From Octopus bimaculoides (lineage: Eukaryota), in the NCBI RefSeq assembly GCF_001194135.2, contig NC_068995.1, forward strand, positions 7,401,584 through 7,442,375: a stretch of 40,792 nt of DNA, given 5' to 3'. The position numbers were made by a program, and so were the translations under genes. The notes below the pieces were generated by a model that was not told the DNA's origin, did no database searches, and saw nothing but the letters and a program-made list of their open reading frames with translations. Position 1 is the stretch's first letter, and the number at the start of each line of letters is the position of its first letter. Below are positions 25,246 to 37,705 of this stretch, piece after piece.

Positions 25246-25509
25246 GTAAGTATCAATTTATGTAATGATATGTATAACAATAATATATACGCAGCAAGGT
25301 TTCATCATTCAAAAGCTACAACAATGCGAAGAAGCACATTCACATTGTTACCAGCAATATATAACATCTAATATTCTGGCCGAGTCAGTAATATAGTGAT
25401 AATTATACGTGTGAACGTATAAATAGGTTCAAAATTTGGTTTCCGGGATTCTGTGGCGTATATATTCTTGCCTCATGCTAGCCCTAGACGGGCGTTAGTC
25501 CGTCGTGGG

Positions 25510-25660
25510 ATTGCTCAGTTTTGCAAGCTGAGTGGACTTGAGGAACATGAACTGAGGAGTTTTGCTCAAGAACATAACGCATTCACAAGCTCAGGAGTCG
25601 AAATCACAATCTTACTACCATGAGTGCAACACCATAACCACTGAACCATGCTCTTCCACA
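25510..25660 (-). mobile_element. SINE family B, 5' part, reverse orientation
   Basis: Reverse complement reads GCATGGTTCAGTGGTT...GATTTCGACTCC...TTCTTGAGCAAAAC...AGTCCACTCAGCT. Confidence 0.7.
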
Positions 25661-25686
25661 TGTTGATATTTACAGTAAATCATAAG

Positions 25687-25896
25687 GCACCGTGCTGGCA
25701 GAATCGGTAGCACACCGGGAAAAATGCTTTGCGACATTTCGTCCGTCTTTACATTCAGAGTTCAAACTTCGCCGAGGGCAACTTTACTTTTCATCCTTTC
25801 GAGGCCGATAAAATAAGTAGCATTTGGACACTGGGAGCGATGTAATCGACTTTCCCTCACCCGCGAAATTGCTGGTCTTGTGCCAAAATTTGAAAC
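25687..25896 (+). mobile_element. SINE family A, near full length
   Basis: GCTGGCAGAATCGGTAGCACACCGG...GAGTTCAAACTTCGCCGAGG...TTTCATCCTTTCGAGGCCGAT...GATGTAATCGAC matches the family A head and core. Confidence 0.8.
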
Positions 25897-28748
25897 TAAT
25901 ATTTATAATACATCAGAATCTTTAAATTCGAACGATCAGGTAAATTGGTAATGATTTATTTAACGTTGGTTTATAAACCAGGATTACCGAATTTTTTATA
26001 TACATTTTTTTTTTTTACCTCTGAAATGCACTTCACATCTACGTTTTGATATTTACAATCTTCAGAAAAATGAATTTTTAAAAAACTTTGGGGTTAAATT
26101 TTTTTTAATAAATTAGAATCTATTTAGGTTTATCGAATTTACATTTAAAATTCCTATCTAAATATTAAAAAATAAATACGCCAGCATTTATGAATATGAA
26201 AATACGGTCTTTGTTTCATATATAAATATATTTCGTGTGTATCTGCAGCGTACATCGATATATTTTCGTTGCATTTGTAATCAGATTTTCACTCTGCATA
26301 AATTGAAGCAACAGCATTTCAGATATAATTTTANNNNNNNNNNNNNNNNNNNNNNNNNNNNNNNNNNNNNNNNNNNNNNNNNNNNNNNNNNNNNNNNNNN
26401 NNNNNNNNNNNNNNNNNNNNNNNNNNNNNNNNNNNNNNNNNNNNNNNNNNNNNNNNNNNNNNNNNNNNNNNNNNNNNNNNNNNNNNNNNNNNNNNNNNNN
26501 NNNNNNNNNNNNNNNNNNNNNNNNNNNNNNNNNNNNNNNNNNNNNNNNNNNNNNNNNNNNNNNNNNNNNNNNNNNNNNNNNNNNNNNNNNNNNNNNNNNN
26601 NNNNNNNNNNNNNNNNNNNNNNNNNNNNNNNNNNNNNNNNNNNNNNNNNNNNNNNNNNNNNNNNNNNNNNNNNNNNNNNNNNNNNNNNNNNNNNNNNNNN
26701 NNNNNNNNNNNNNNNNNNNNNNNNNNNNNNNNNNNNNNNNNNNNNNNNNNNNNNNNNNNNNNNNNNNNNNNNNNNNNNNNNNNNNNNNNNNNNNNNNNNN
26801 NNNNNNNNNNNNNNNNNNNNNNNNNNNNNNNNNNNNNNNNNNNNNNNNNNNNNNNNNNNNNNNNNNNNNNNNNNNNNNNNNNNNNNNNNNNNNNNNNNNN
26901 NNNNNNNNNNNNNNNNNNNNNNNNNNNNNNNNNNNNNNNNNNNNNNNNNNNNNNNNNNNNNNNNNNNNNNNTTTTTTTTTTTTGTGGTTGGGTGAGTGTG
27001 TGTGTGTGTGTGACGGTATTAATAATAAAACGGATAATAAAATCAAAATAAACATATTTAATTGTTTTTATAATATAAAAATTAAGCCCGAAAAACATGA
27101 TACAAAGAAAATAAGAAGTTCAGGTAAAAGTGTCTAAAACGAGCACTTATATATCTATTACGTATGTGGGAAATTCTGTCAGTGAGTGTGTTTGTGGCGT
27201 TGTTAGCTAACACCTCCGACATCGTTTTATTGATTTTTATGAAACTTAACACGTGAGTAGAACTCATGCCTGGAAACCTTATGGCGTACTCAGAATGTTG
27301 AAAAATACATAATAGAACCCCCGGAAGGAATCTTTGTAGTATTTCCTCCTCCGTTCTATATGCACTGGGAACGCATTAAAGCCCTTTTCGGGCCTACTTT
27401 ATTTGCATTCTTACAATCAGGTAATTTATTTCATGTTATCACATAACTGACTTCACAATTTCGATATTCATAACTTATTGGGAATTCTTAATAATAAGAT
27501 CTTGTGTAAGACAATTCGGTATTCTCTGTAAATGCACAAAAACAGTTTTAAGGGCTACATACTTTGTATTGTTGTTATTCGTTTAGCGACACAGTTATGA
27601 GAACGGCACCAAAAGATAAGCCCCGATCTCCCGGGAATTACCGGGTACGCCAGACACCATATATATATATAGAATTAACAATTAGAACTTCTCACAAAAC
27701 ATCTGTGTTATTATTCATATACATATATGAGTGTGTGTGTGTTTGTGTGGGTGTGGGTGTGTGTGTGTGTGTGTGCTTGTATACTTGACACAGCAACGTT
27801 ATTGATATTTTAGAATTTATATAATATACACCTGTTTCAACTTTCAAGCAGGTGGAATGGTATTATTACTTAAGCCAGTTGCCTATATTACGTAATAAAA
27901 TTAAATCATTGCTTCGCTAATATCAGCAAGGAGTACAATGTGAAGAAGCACATACACTAGTATGCAAATAATTTGTTACAGACACACACACACACACATA
28001 CACAACATAAACACACACACGCATATATTGAATATATATATATATATATANNNNNNNNNNNNNNNNNNNNNNNNNNNNNNNNNNNNNNNNNNNNNNNNNN
28101 NNNNNNNNNNNNNNNNNNNNNNNNNNNNNNNNNNNNNNNNNNNNNNNNNNNNNNNNNNNNNNNNNNNNNNNNNNNNNNNNNNNNNNNNNNNNNNNNNNNN
28201 NNNNNNNNNNNNNNNNNNNNNNNNNNNNNNNNNNNNNNNNNNNNNNNNNNNNNNNNNNNNNNNNNNNNNNNNNNNNNNNNNNNNNNNNNNNNNNNNNNNN
28301 NNNNNNNNNNNNNNNNNNNNNNNNNNNNNNNNNNNNNNNNNNNNNNNNNNNNNNNNNNNNNNNNNNNNNNNNNNNNNNNNNNNNNNNNNNNNNNNNNNNN
28401 NNNNNNNNNNNNNNNNNNNNNNNNNNNNNNNNNNNNNNNNNNNNNNNNNNNNNNNNNNNNNNNNNNNNNNNNNNNNNNNNNNNNNNNNNNNNNNNNNNNN
28501 NNNNNNNNNNNNNNNNNNNNNNNNNNNNNNNNNNNNNNNNNNNNNNNNNNNNNNNNNNNNNNNNNNNNNNNNNNNNNNNNNNNNNNNNNNNNNNNNNNNN
28601 NNNNNNNNNNNNNNNNNNNNNNNNNNNNNNNNNNNNNNNNNNNNNNNNNNNNNNNNNNNNNNNNNNNNNNNNNNNNNNNNNNNNNNNNNNNNNNNNNNNN
28701 NNNNNNNNNNNNNNNNNNNNNNNNNNNNNNNNNNNNNNNNNNNNNNNN

Positions 28749-28794
<46 letters not shown>

Positions 28795-29142
28795 TTATAT
28801 GCATGTATGTATGTACACATATATATACTTATAGTTATATGTATAAATAAAAAGAAAGACAGAGCATTACGTAAATAGATGCACAAAAAGAAGGGAGAGT
28901 TAATTCTGTATGTACTTATCCATAATTCTCTAATTCGAGCGCAGTTTTATATGTCATTAAAATGATCCCATACTTATGTCCTACCATTACGTCGTCGAAG
29001 TTTGAAGTTTTTACCGTGTTGTGATAAATTTATATGCTTCTATAAATTTCTACACGTGTATGAGTGTTCGTATAATCTATTCTTATATGCATGTATAGCG
29101 GTATAGTTTGTGGATCTGTTGTTGCTGTTGTTGTTGTTGTCG

Positions 29143-29241
29143 TTCTTCTTCTTCTTCTTCTTCTTCTTCTTCTTCTTCTTCTTCTTCTTCTTCTTCTTCT
29201 TCTTCTTCTTCTTCTTCTTCTTCTTCTTCTTCTTCTTCTTC
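29143..29241. repeat. (TTC)n microsatellite upstream of the catalytic-His exon
   Basis: Direct reading. Confidence 0.95.
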
Positions 29242-29325
29242 TCCTGCTCCTCCTCCCCCTTCTTCACACGCATAGAATAAAGCAAACGTACGTTTATATT
29301 AATCTACGATTTATGTTTCTTCCAG

Positions 29326-29414
29326 GCACGGAACACGGTGTGCTGGTGAGATTGCCATGACAGCGAACAACAATATATGCGGTGTTGGTATTGCTTTCAA
29401 TTCCAAGATTGGCG
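29326..29414 (+). CDS. PCSK1: Convertase exon with catalytic His: (K)[29 protein letters not shown](G)
   Basis: Acceptor tttcttccAG|G; donor GGCG|GTAAGT; 89 nt, phase 2/1. Contains the invariant HGTRCAGE motif. Confidence 0.97.
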
Positions 29415-29608
29415 GTAAGTCGTATCATAGACATGTCATGGCATTGACAAATGTCCAAGTTATTATTATTATTTTGTTTTGTTTGCTTCGTGGTTGTGTT
29501 TTTTTTTCTACCAAGCCTAATCCTTTTACTTTCATCAATAAACAAATAACTCAATTTGTAAACCGTACAGATTAGCAGAACAAGGCAGAACTAGATTTTC
29601 TTGAAGTG

Positions 29609-29628
29609 AATAATAATAATAATAATAA

Positions 29629-29724
<96 letters not shown>

Positions 29725-29821
29725 CGCCACAACAACTACAAATATAATATTACTACTACAACTACTACTGCTATTACTACTACTGCTGCTGCTGCTTCTG
29801 CTGCTGTTGCTGCTGCTACTG

Positions 29822-29872
<51 letters not shown>

Positions 29873-30036
29873 TTAATACTAATAATAATAATAATATTAA
29901 TAATAATAATAGTAATAATAATAATAATAATAATAATGCTTAAATTATTATATTATTGTTATCATATGATTATCATGAATATCACGATCATTATTATTAT
30001 TGTACTTTTCATTATTATTATTGTTATTGCACTTAC

Positions 30037-30069
<33 letters not shown>

Positions 30070-30088
30070 CATTATTATTATTATTTTT
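29609..30088. repeat. Long compound trinucleotide array (AAT/ACT/GCT/ACT/AAT/ATT)
   Basis: Direct reading; source of the spurious poly-N/T/A/L/I ORFs. Confidence 0.95.
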
Positions 30089-30567
30089 ATGCACATTGGC
30101 TCTTCGTTGTCTTTCTTCAGATTCGTTCGTCTTGATAAATGGTTTGTATAATTCTTCACGACCATCCCATAGTTCTTTTGAGAGTCAAATGTTAGCGTTT
30201 ACATCACAGAATCCCCATAACAATGCCATCTTACATAAATTTTCGTGTTCGTAAGAAATAATACAACATCACATTTCTGTGGTTTTTGCCAAAAATTAGA
30301 AACCTCCAAAAGAACTAGCTTCCTTCTTCCGAGAGAAAATAAATGCCTCAGCTTTGATTAGATGCTGATTATCTTGTCATGGTCTCTTCGTCGCTGTCGA
30401 CGATGAGCATTCGATTTTTGGTACACCTATTGAGTTCCCATTCTTGAAATTAAGATGCAAGTGGCTGATTATTCCATAGGTTCATCCAGCGAAGTTTTAA
30501 GGTGTAACTAGTGTGATACAATGTGACAAGGCTGGGTCTTTGCGAGACAAAGAGCGAGAGCGAGAGG

Positions 30568-30602
<35 letters not shown>

Positions 30603-30892
30603 GGAGAGANNNNNNNNNNNNNNNNNNNNNNNNNNNNNNNNNNNNNNNNNNNNNNNNNNNNNNNNNNNNNNNNNNNNNNNNNNNNNNNNNNNNNNNNNNN
30701 NNNNNNNNNNNNNNNNNNNNNNNNNNNNNNNNNNNNNNNNNNNNNNNNNNNNNNNNNNNNNNNNNNNNNNNNNNNNNNNNNNNNNNNNNNNNNNNNNNNN
30801 NNNNNNNNNNNNNNNNNNNNNNNNNNNNNNNNNNNNNNNNNNNNNNNNNNNNNNNNNNNNNNNNNNNNNNNNNNNNNNNNNNNNNNNNNNNN

Positions 30893-31034
30893 CGTAGGAT
30901 ACGTAAACCGACGATCTAACGAATCCAATCAATACTCTGTCTGGCGGCCTATCTTCAAATACAATGAGAATTGCGCGCCTATATTGTCTAATGATGGTTA
31001 TGTCACTGATACATACAGCATCCAAGACGCCATC
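30893..31034 (-). mobile_element. Probable LINE ORF1 (gag-like, I/Loa-type) fragment, cut by an assembly gap
   Basis: Minus frame DGVLDAVCIS...AILIVFEDRPPDRVLIGFVRSSVYVSY resembles the ORF1 pattern GV.D...I...IL..F....P..V.IGF...V..Y. Judged by motif recognition only. Confidence 0.4.
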
Positions 31035-31509
31035 CTAAAGAAGACCCATGAGCTGGTTTCTGATGACACCATTGCCTTCTCTTTTCTACTCTCCCTCTCT
31101 CTCCGCCCCATCTTTGTCTCTACCACTTCTACTATAAAGGTTTCCGTTCTTCTCAACCAAACCATACTTTATATATTAGAATCAACGTACATAATTTCAA
31201 GTATTATGTATTTCAAGTGTTATGTACTCCATGGATATCTCTAGGCCGTGAGAATCTACAAAGTTTATGGAAGCCACGTTTTCTCTTTGACGGAATAATG
31301 ACGGAGATGTTCAAATCTGTAAATTAATAAACATAATGACTTGTAGTATATTTAGTTACCTCCTTTTATGTTTCCAGACACAATGTCTTGCAAATCACCC
31401 TTCTGCCTCCTAAGATCAATAAGTATCAATCAACCCCTACGGTCGATATAAACTTCAGTTCATACACGAAACCTGGATAATTTTGATTATGATATGAAAT
31501 ATTATTACC

Positions 31510-31645
31510 AGGCTGACAGAATCGGTAGAGCGTCGGACAAAATGCTTTGTGAAATTAGTATAACTCATTTTCTGAGTTCTTCTAGAGCTGAAATAAATTA
31601 TGAATTCTGTTCTTTCGAGGTCGATAATATAAATGAAGCACTAAA
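31510..31645 (+). mobile_element. SINE family A, degenerate
   Basis: GCTGACAGAATCGGTAGAGCGTCGGACAAAATGCTT...TTCTGAGTTC...CTTTCGAGGTCGATAA resembles the family A head and core. Confidence 0.55.
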
Positions 31646-32711
31646 TGAATTGTTTCATCACTATCCATAATCCTCTACAGGGTTCTTTTATTTCATTTCA
31701 TGTTGGTGATGCAGTGGCCATTAAATTGCTTTACCCTAGTTCTTGGTGAGAATCGTTTGCGTCTGATTCGAACGAGTTATTGTTATAAAAGAACATTCAC
31801 GAGGAATATCCTTACATCGAAAATAATTCGTAATTTATACCGATGAACTCTTTTCGATGTAACGATGTTTCTTCCTTGGCGAGATCTTCAGTTATCGATT
31901 TTTACATTGTATTTATGTGCTTTTAGTTCAGTTCTGTGTTCTTGTTAAATAATACCATTATTTTCTATCTTTTTTTCACTACTTTAATTTTCTGCAGTTT
32001 GATATTTCAGAGTAACTACTGTTGTAGCTTGTAGCTGCTACAAGTGTTATTCCATTTAACATTGTGATATTGATCTTCCTGTTAGTTTTCATTGAGTCTG
32101 CGAGGCCAGGATTGCATTTATTTTGTTGTTTTTAACGCATCTTTAAAAAGTAACATCGAGAGTTCTTTTAGTTTGTCCATGAAGGTCATACGATTTTAAT
32201 CATTTATTTTCAGTTTTAGATTATTCTAGGTTACCATCTTTAGAATTTTCTATTCTGAGTTTTTTTTTGTCTATTATTCCCTTTATACAAATTTTGCGTT
32301 TATGTTGTCCTGGCTTGGTTATGTTTGTTAAATATTTTGTAGACGTTCAAAAGTTAACTTGTGTCTTGGTAATTTTATTGAATTTCTTTTAAACGTTAGT
32401 CTCTTCTTGAGGATTTTAATCTTGTTGTTTGCTTTCTGCTCATTAATTGGGGGTTTATTATATCTTCAGTTGCTCTATCTGAAATGATTTGTCTTTTAGA
32501 ATGAATCTACTTCAATTTGGTAATGTGTTAGGATCAAAAATAAAGTTTACATCAGAGGTCTATTCATTTATGAATCACGTGTAAGAATCTATTGAATAAT
32601 GAAGGAATGTAACTATATATACAAAAAGAGAGCGAGCGAGAGAGAGAGAGAGAACGCGAGTAAGAGAACGCGAGTAAGAGAACGCGAGTGAGAGTGGGTG
32701 AATGAATGGGA

Positions 32712-33022
32712 GAGCTGTTTGAATGGGAAACGATGCCCCACTCAGCATATTCGCCGGACATCGCCCCATCTGAATATCATTTATTACGCAGTCTTCAAAA
32801 TCATTTCGACAGAGAAAATATGAATTCTGTAGATGAGGTCAGAACAGTAGTGGAGTATTTTTCGTCACAGACAAGATAAGTTTGGAAGAGGGACCTTGCA
32901 AGTATACTAGATAGATGGAAGAGCATCGTAGGAAATGAAAGAGAGTATATTTTAGATTAAAAAGAACTTTTGAAAAATATAAGAAGTATAAAAAACCGAT
33001 TCATTTATGGGATGACCCGATA
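32712..33022 (+). mobile_element. Mariner (Tc1/mariner) transposon 3' remnant: pseudogenised transposase C-terminus, right TIR and TA
   Basis: 32712-32960 translates ELFEWETMPHSAYSPDIAPSEYHLLRSLQNHF...EYFSSQTR*VWKRDL..ILDRWKSIV...EYILD*, matching the mariner WE.LPHP.YSPDLAPSD YHLF.SL motif. It has one internal stop and Glu at the third catalytic Asp position. A TIR-like AAAACCGATTCATTTATGGGATGACCCGA followed by TA comes next. Confidence 0.88.
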
Positions 33023-33443
33023 TATATANNNNNNNNNNNNNNNNNNNNNNNNNNNNNNNNNNNNNNNNNNNNNNNNNNNNNNNNNNNNNNNNNNNNNNNN
33101 NNNNNNNNNNNNNNNNNNNNNNNNNNNNNNNNNNNNNNNNNNNNNNNNNNNNNNNNNNNNNNNNNNNNNNNNNNNNNNNNNNNNNNNNNNNNNNNNNNNN
33201 NNNNNNNNNNNNNNNNNNNNNNNNNNNNNNNNNNNNNNNNNNNNNNNNNNNNNNNNNNNNNNNNNNNNNNNNNNNNNNNNNNNNNNNNNNNNNNNNNNNN
33301 NNNNNNNNNNNNNNNNNNNNNNNNNNNNNNNNNNNNNATATATATACATATATATATATATTTGAATACGTATATACACACATACTTGCATATACATATT
33401 TTTGCAAGCGCGTCCATTTATGCTAATGTCAATTCTTCCACAG

Positions 33444-33616
33444 GTGTTCGGATGCTTGACGGTCCAATAACTGATTCTCTGGAAGCCAGAGCGTTAGGCT
33501 TCAATCACAAGTACATCGACATCTACAGTGCCAGCTGGGGACCCCTCGATAATGGTATGACCCTTGATGGACCTGGAACATTGTCCAGGAAGGCTATGGA
33601 ACTTTCTATTAAAGAG
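33444..33616 (+). CDS. PCSK1: Convertase exon: (G)VRMLDGPITDSLEARALGFNHKYIDIYSASWGPLDNGMTLDGPGTLSRKAMELSIKE
   Basis: Acceptor ttcttccacAG|GT; donor GAG|GTAAGT; 173 nt, phase 1/0. Contains RMLDG and SASWGP motifs and lies inside ORF 33362..33625. Confidence 0.97.
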
Positions 33617-34544
33617 GTAAGTTAATAAATAAAAGATATGCTTCAGGATTTTCTAAATTTTACCACAGCGTTCTCGGAGTCATATCATTTGATCACATCT
33701 TGTACCTAAAACTTGGATCCATCATGGCGTCTTAAGTAGGTTTTAAGATCAGATAATGTCTTGAAAAGATACCCACATAGATTGCATAAAAGATATGGAC
33801 CACTAAGAGCTGCAGTGAAGTTCTGATCTTTGTGAATCTTAAAATATATACATACATACATGTACATACATACATACATAAATATATACACATATATATA
33901 ATATATATATATATATGTACATATATATATATATGGATGTATACATATATATATATATATNNNNNNNNNNNNNNNNNNNNNNNNNNNNNNNNNNNNNNNN
34001 NNNNNNNNNNNNNNNNNNNNNNNNNNNNNNNNNNNNNNNNNNNNNNNNNNNNNNNNNNNNNNNNNNNNNNNNNNNNNNNNNNNNNNNNNNNNNNNNNNNN
34101 NNNNNNNNNNNNNNNNNNNNNNNNNNNNNNNNNNNNNNNNNNNNNNNNNNNNNNNNNNNNNNNNNNNNNNNNNNNNNNNNNNNNNNNNNNNNNNNNNNNN
34201 NNNNNNNNNNNNNNNNNNNNNNNNNNNNNNNNNNNNNNNNNNNNNNNNNNNNNNNNNNNNNNNNNNNNNNNNNNNNNNNNNNNNNNNNNNNNNNNNNNNN
34301 NNNNNNNNNNNNNNNNNNNNNNNNNNNNNNNNNNNNNNNNNNNNNNNNNNNNNNNNNNNNNNNNNNNNNNNNNNNNNNNNNNNNNNNNNNNNNNNNNNNN
34401 NNNNNNNNNNNNNNNNNNNNNNNNNNNNNNNNNNNNNNNNNNNNNNNNNNNNNNNNNNNNNNNNNNNNNNNNNNNNNNNNNNNNNNNNNNNNNNNNNNNN
34501 NNNNNNNNNNNNNNNNNNNNNNNNNNNNNNNNNNNNNNNNNNNN

Positions 34545-34577
<33 letters not shown>

Positions 34578-35042
34578 TATATAAACGTATGTATATATGT
34601 ATGTATATGCTTATACATACATATGTACATACGCTTAGGTATTTATTTTATCAGTATATGTACAAATATAAGTGTGTGTGTATTGTGTGTATGGAGGAGC
34701 ATGTTTGTTTGTATCTCCTTATTATTAAAAATATGAGTGTAACCATGTCATGTTTTACGTAATTTTTTATAATATATTTTTGCTAAAAGAAATCGTATTG
34801 TTTCCTCGTGAAGTTCTAGTTGCTCCAGATGAACATGTTTATGTTGGACATTGTCACATGATGTTATAACTATCAAAGTATTGACAGAAAAGAAGACCAG
34901 TGATCTTAATAATAACAAAAAAAAATTGCTTATAACTGGAACAAAAATGTATTTAATAATGACGGATCTTCAGCATTGCAGTTAATACTGTATTAACTCT
35001 TCATGTTGTTAGATTTAAAAAGGCAATTGAAATACGTCGACA

Positions 35043-35190
35043 GGCACGTTGTCTAGTGATTAAGTTCTTAGGCTGACGAACATAACATCGTTGGTTCGAT
35101 TTCTTGACCAGCTCGTGTGATGTATCTCAGAGTAAGGAACATCCTTTCTCGTTGTTCCTTTGTACTCAGTTAAAAGGGAATGCCAGCCCT
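35043..35190 (+). mobile_element. SINE family B, degenerate
   Basis: GGCACGTTGTCTAGTGATTAAG...GGTTCGATTTC...GTACTCAGT; head and central domain resemble the 7163 and 25510 copies. Confidence 0.5.
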
Positions 35191-35702
35191 GTATTCGAGC
35201 AGCTGTCTTCCCTGCCAACTGTCATACACTTCGTTTTTGTATTTCTTTCGTTAGATTCTTTAAGTGAAATCGGGTGATGAAACGAATATTGCTACATTTT
35301 AGGAGGGTCACACTGTTAGTAAATCACACGCTGTAGAAATGTTTCACTTCCTTTTTATTACCAATCGATTAAACAGAAGAAGAATAGGGCAAATAGTTCC
35401 GATTGATTAATTAATTGATTTGATAATAAAGCTGAAGTGAAAGATGAAGTATTATTATTTGCAGGGATATTTGCTGTTACTTCTAGCATATTTCATTGGA
35501 CAGGTACAAACATCTCGACCCTGACTTGTAATATTATTTGTGTTCTGGCAGAGATCATTAAGTTCTTTCATTGTTTGGTTTCTATTAACCATGCTGGAGC
35601 ACTGATTCTGATACGACGATAAATTACCACATAAATCGCTTTATTGAAGTATCTTCAGGTGTACAATGCCTGTATGTATATGTAACCATATATGTGTGTA
35701 TA

Positions 35703-35746
<44 letters not shown>

Positions 35747-35781
<35 letters not shown>

Positions 35782-35885
35782 GTGTGTGTGTGTATTTATA
35801 TCTATATCTATATATATATATGTATGTACGTATATACATGTGTATATATATATATATGTATATATCTATATACATATATCCATAT

Positions 35886-35964
<79 letters not shown>

Positions 35965-36068
35965 GTGTGTGTGTGTATTTATATCTATATCTATATATAT
36001 ATATGTATGTACGTATATACATGTGTATATATATATATATGTATATATCTATATACATATATCCATAT

Positions 36069-36105
<37 letters not shown>
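35747..36105. repeat. Tandem duplication (period 183 bp) of a compound TA/TG microsatellite block
   Basis: The unique interruption ...GTGCGTG...TATTTATATCTATATCTA...GTACGTATATACATG...CCATATACTTT occurs twice (marker C at 35777 and 35960). Confidence 0.85.
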
Positions 36106-36107
<2 letters not shown>

Positions 36108-36615
36108 TTATGTATGTATGTGTATGTATGTATATGTATGTGTATGTATGTATGTGTATGTATGTAAATATATACATGTGTGTGTGTATGTATGTATGTA
36201 TGTATGTATGTATGTATGTATGTATGTATGTATGTATATATTGTTGACAAGAATCTAGTGTTGTTCCAGAAATTTCATCATAGATGAGGGGTTCGTATAT
36301 TGTTCGCCTTATCAACTTCAGTCGGGGGGGGGGGGCAGCGATGCTGATGACGCGGGTTGGTGACGCTGCTGCCGGTGAAAGAAACGGTTAGAAACAGGGT
36401 CGCTACGTCGAGGCTCTATTGTTGGAAAGATATAAAGAGATCTTTGAGAAGAAGCGATTATATGAAAGGAATGTCGTATCAATACGCAGGGAAGAAAAAG
36501 GAAGGGAGGTCAGTCAGTATCGTCATTGTGGCAAACACTAATTGTAACTGGGCCTCAGATGAATCACAATGCTACCGTACTGTTGTTGTGTCTGACTGAA
36601 GATCGACTTCATCGC

Positions 36616-36616
<1 letters not shown>

Positions 36617-36666
<50 letters not shown>

Positions 36667-36801
36667 TACGATGAAATGAATGATAATGTCGTCTGCCTAA
36701 TTGTGTATGTATGGTTCCGTGGATTATTATTATCATCTTCATCATCATCATCATCATTATTATTATTATTATTATTAATTATTATTATTATTGTTATTGT
36801 T

Positions 36802-36833
<32 letters not shown>

Positions 36834-36853
36834 AACCATCATCATAATCATCG

Positions 36854-36910
<57 letters not shown>

Positions 36911-36920
36911 GTATTAGTAT
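36617..36920. repeat. (CAT)n/(ATT)n compound microsatellite
   Basis: Direct reading; source of the spurious poly-H/M/D/I ORFs. Confidence 0.95.
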
Positions 36921-37655
36921 TACAACTAGCATTGTACTCAAGAGAGCAGAGGCTAACGTAAATTAGCCTGGGATTGCTATCTTGTGGTTTGATTCTTAAA
37001 TCTGAAGAATCCGTCATGGGATTCTTGCAAAAATATAGGATGGGACTTAGCTGAAGGTCGACAAAGAGACTCTCAATTCCGATATCTCTTGATATACACA
37101 CANNNNNNNNNNNNNNNNNNNNNNNNNNNNNNNNNNNNNNNNNNNNNNNNNNNNNNNNNNNNNNNNNNNNNNNNNNNNNNNNNNNNNNNNNNNNNNNNNN
37201 NNNNNNNNNNNNNNNNNNNNNNNNNNNNNNNNNNNNNNNNNNNNNNNNNNNNNNNNNNNNNNNNNNNNNNNNNNNNNNNNNNNNNNNNNNNNNNNNNNNN
37301 NNNNNNNNNNNNNNNNNNNNNNNNNNNNNNNNNNNNNNNNNNNNNNNNNNNNNNNNNNNNNNNNNNNNNNNNNNNNNNNNNNNNNNNNNNNNNNNNNNNN
37401 NNNNNNNNNNNNNNNNNNNNNNNNNNNNNNNNNNNNNNNNNNNNNNNNNNNNNNNNNNNNNNNNNNNNNNNNNNNNNNNNNNNNNNNNNNNNNNNNNNNN
37501 NNNNNNNNNNNNNNNNNNNNNNNNNNNNNNNNNNNNNNNNNNNNNNNNNNNNNNNNNNNNNNNNNNNNNNNNNNNNNNNNNNNNNNNNNNNNNNNNNNNN
37601 NNNNNNNNNNNNNNNNNNNNNNNNNNNNNNNNNNNNNNNNNNNNNNNNNNNNNNN

Positions 37656-37705
<50 letters not shown>

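Noticed and set aside
29091-29575. Listed ORFs 29091..29360 and 29357..29575 as separate genes or a frameshifted pseudogene
   Set aside because: They only overlap the 89-nt exon 29326-29414, whose splice sites and phases explain the apparent frame change.
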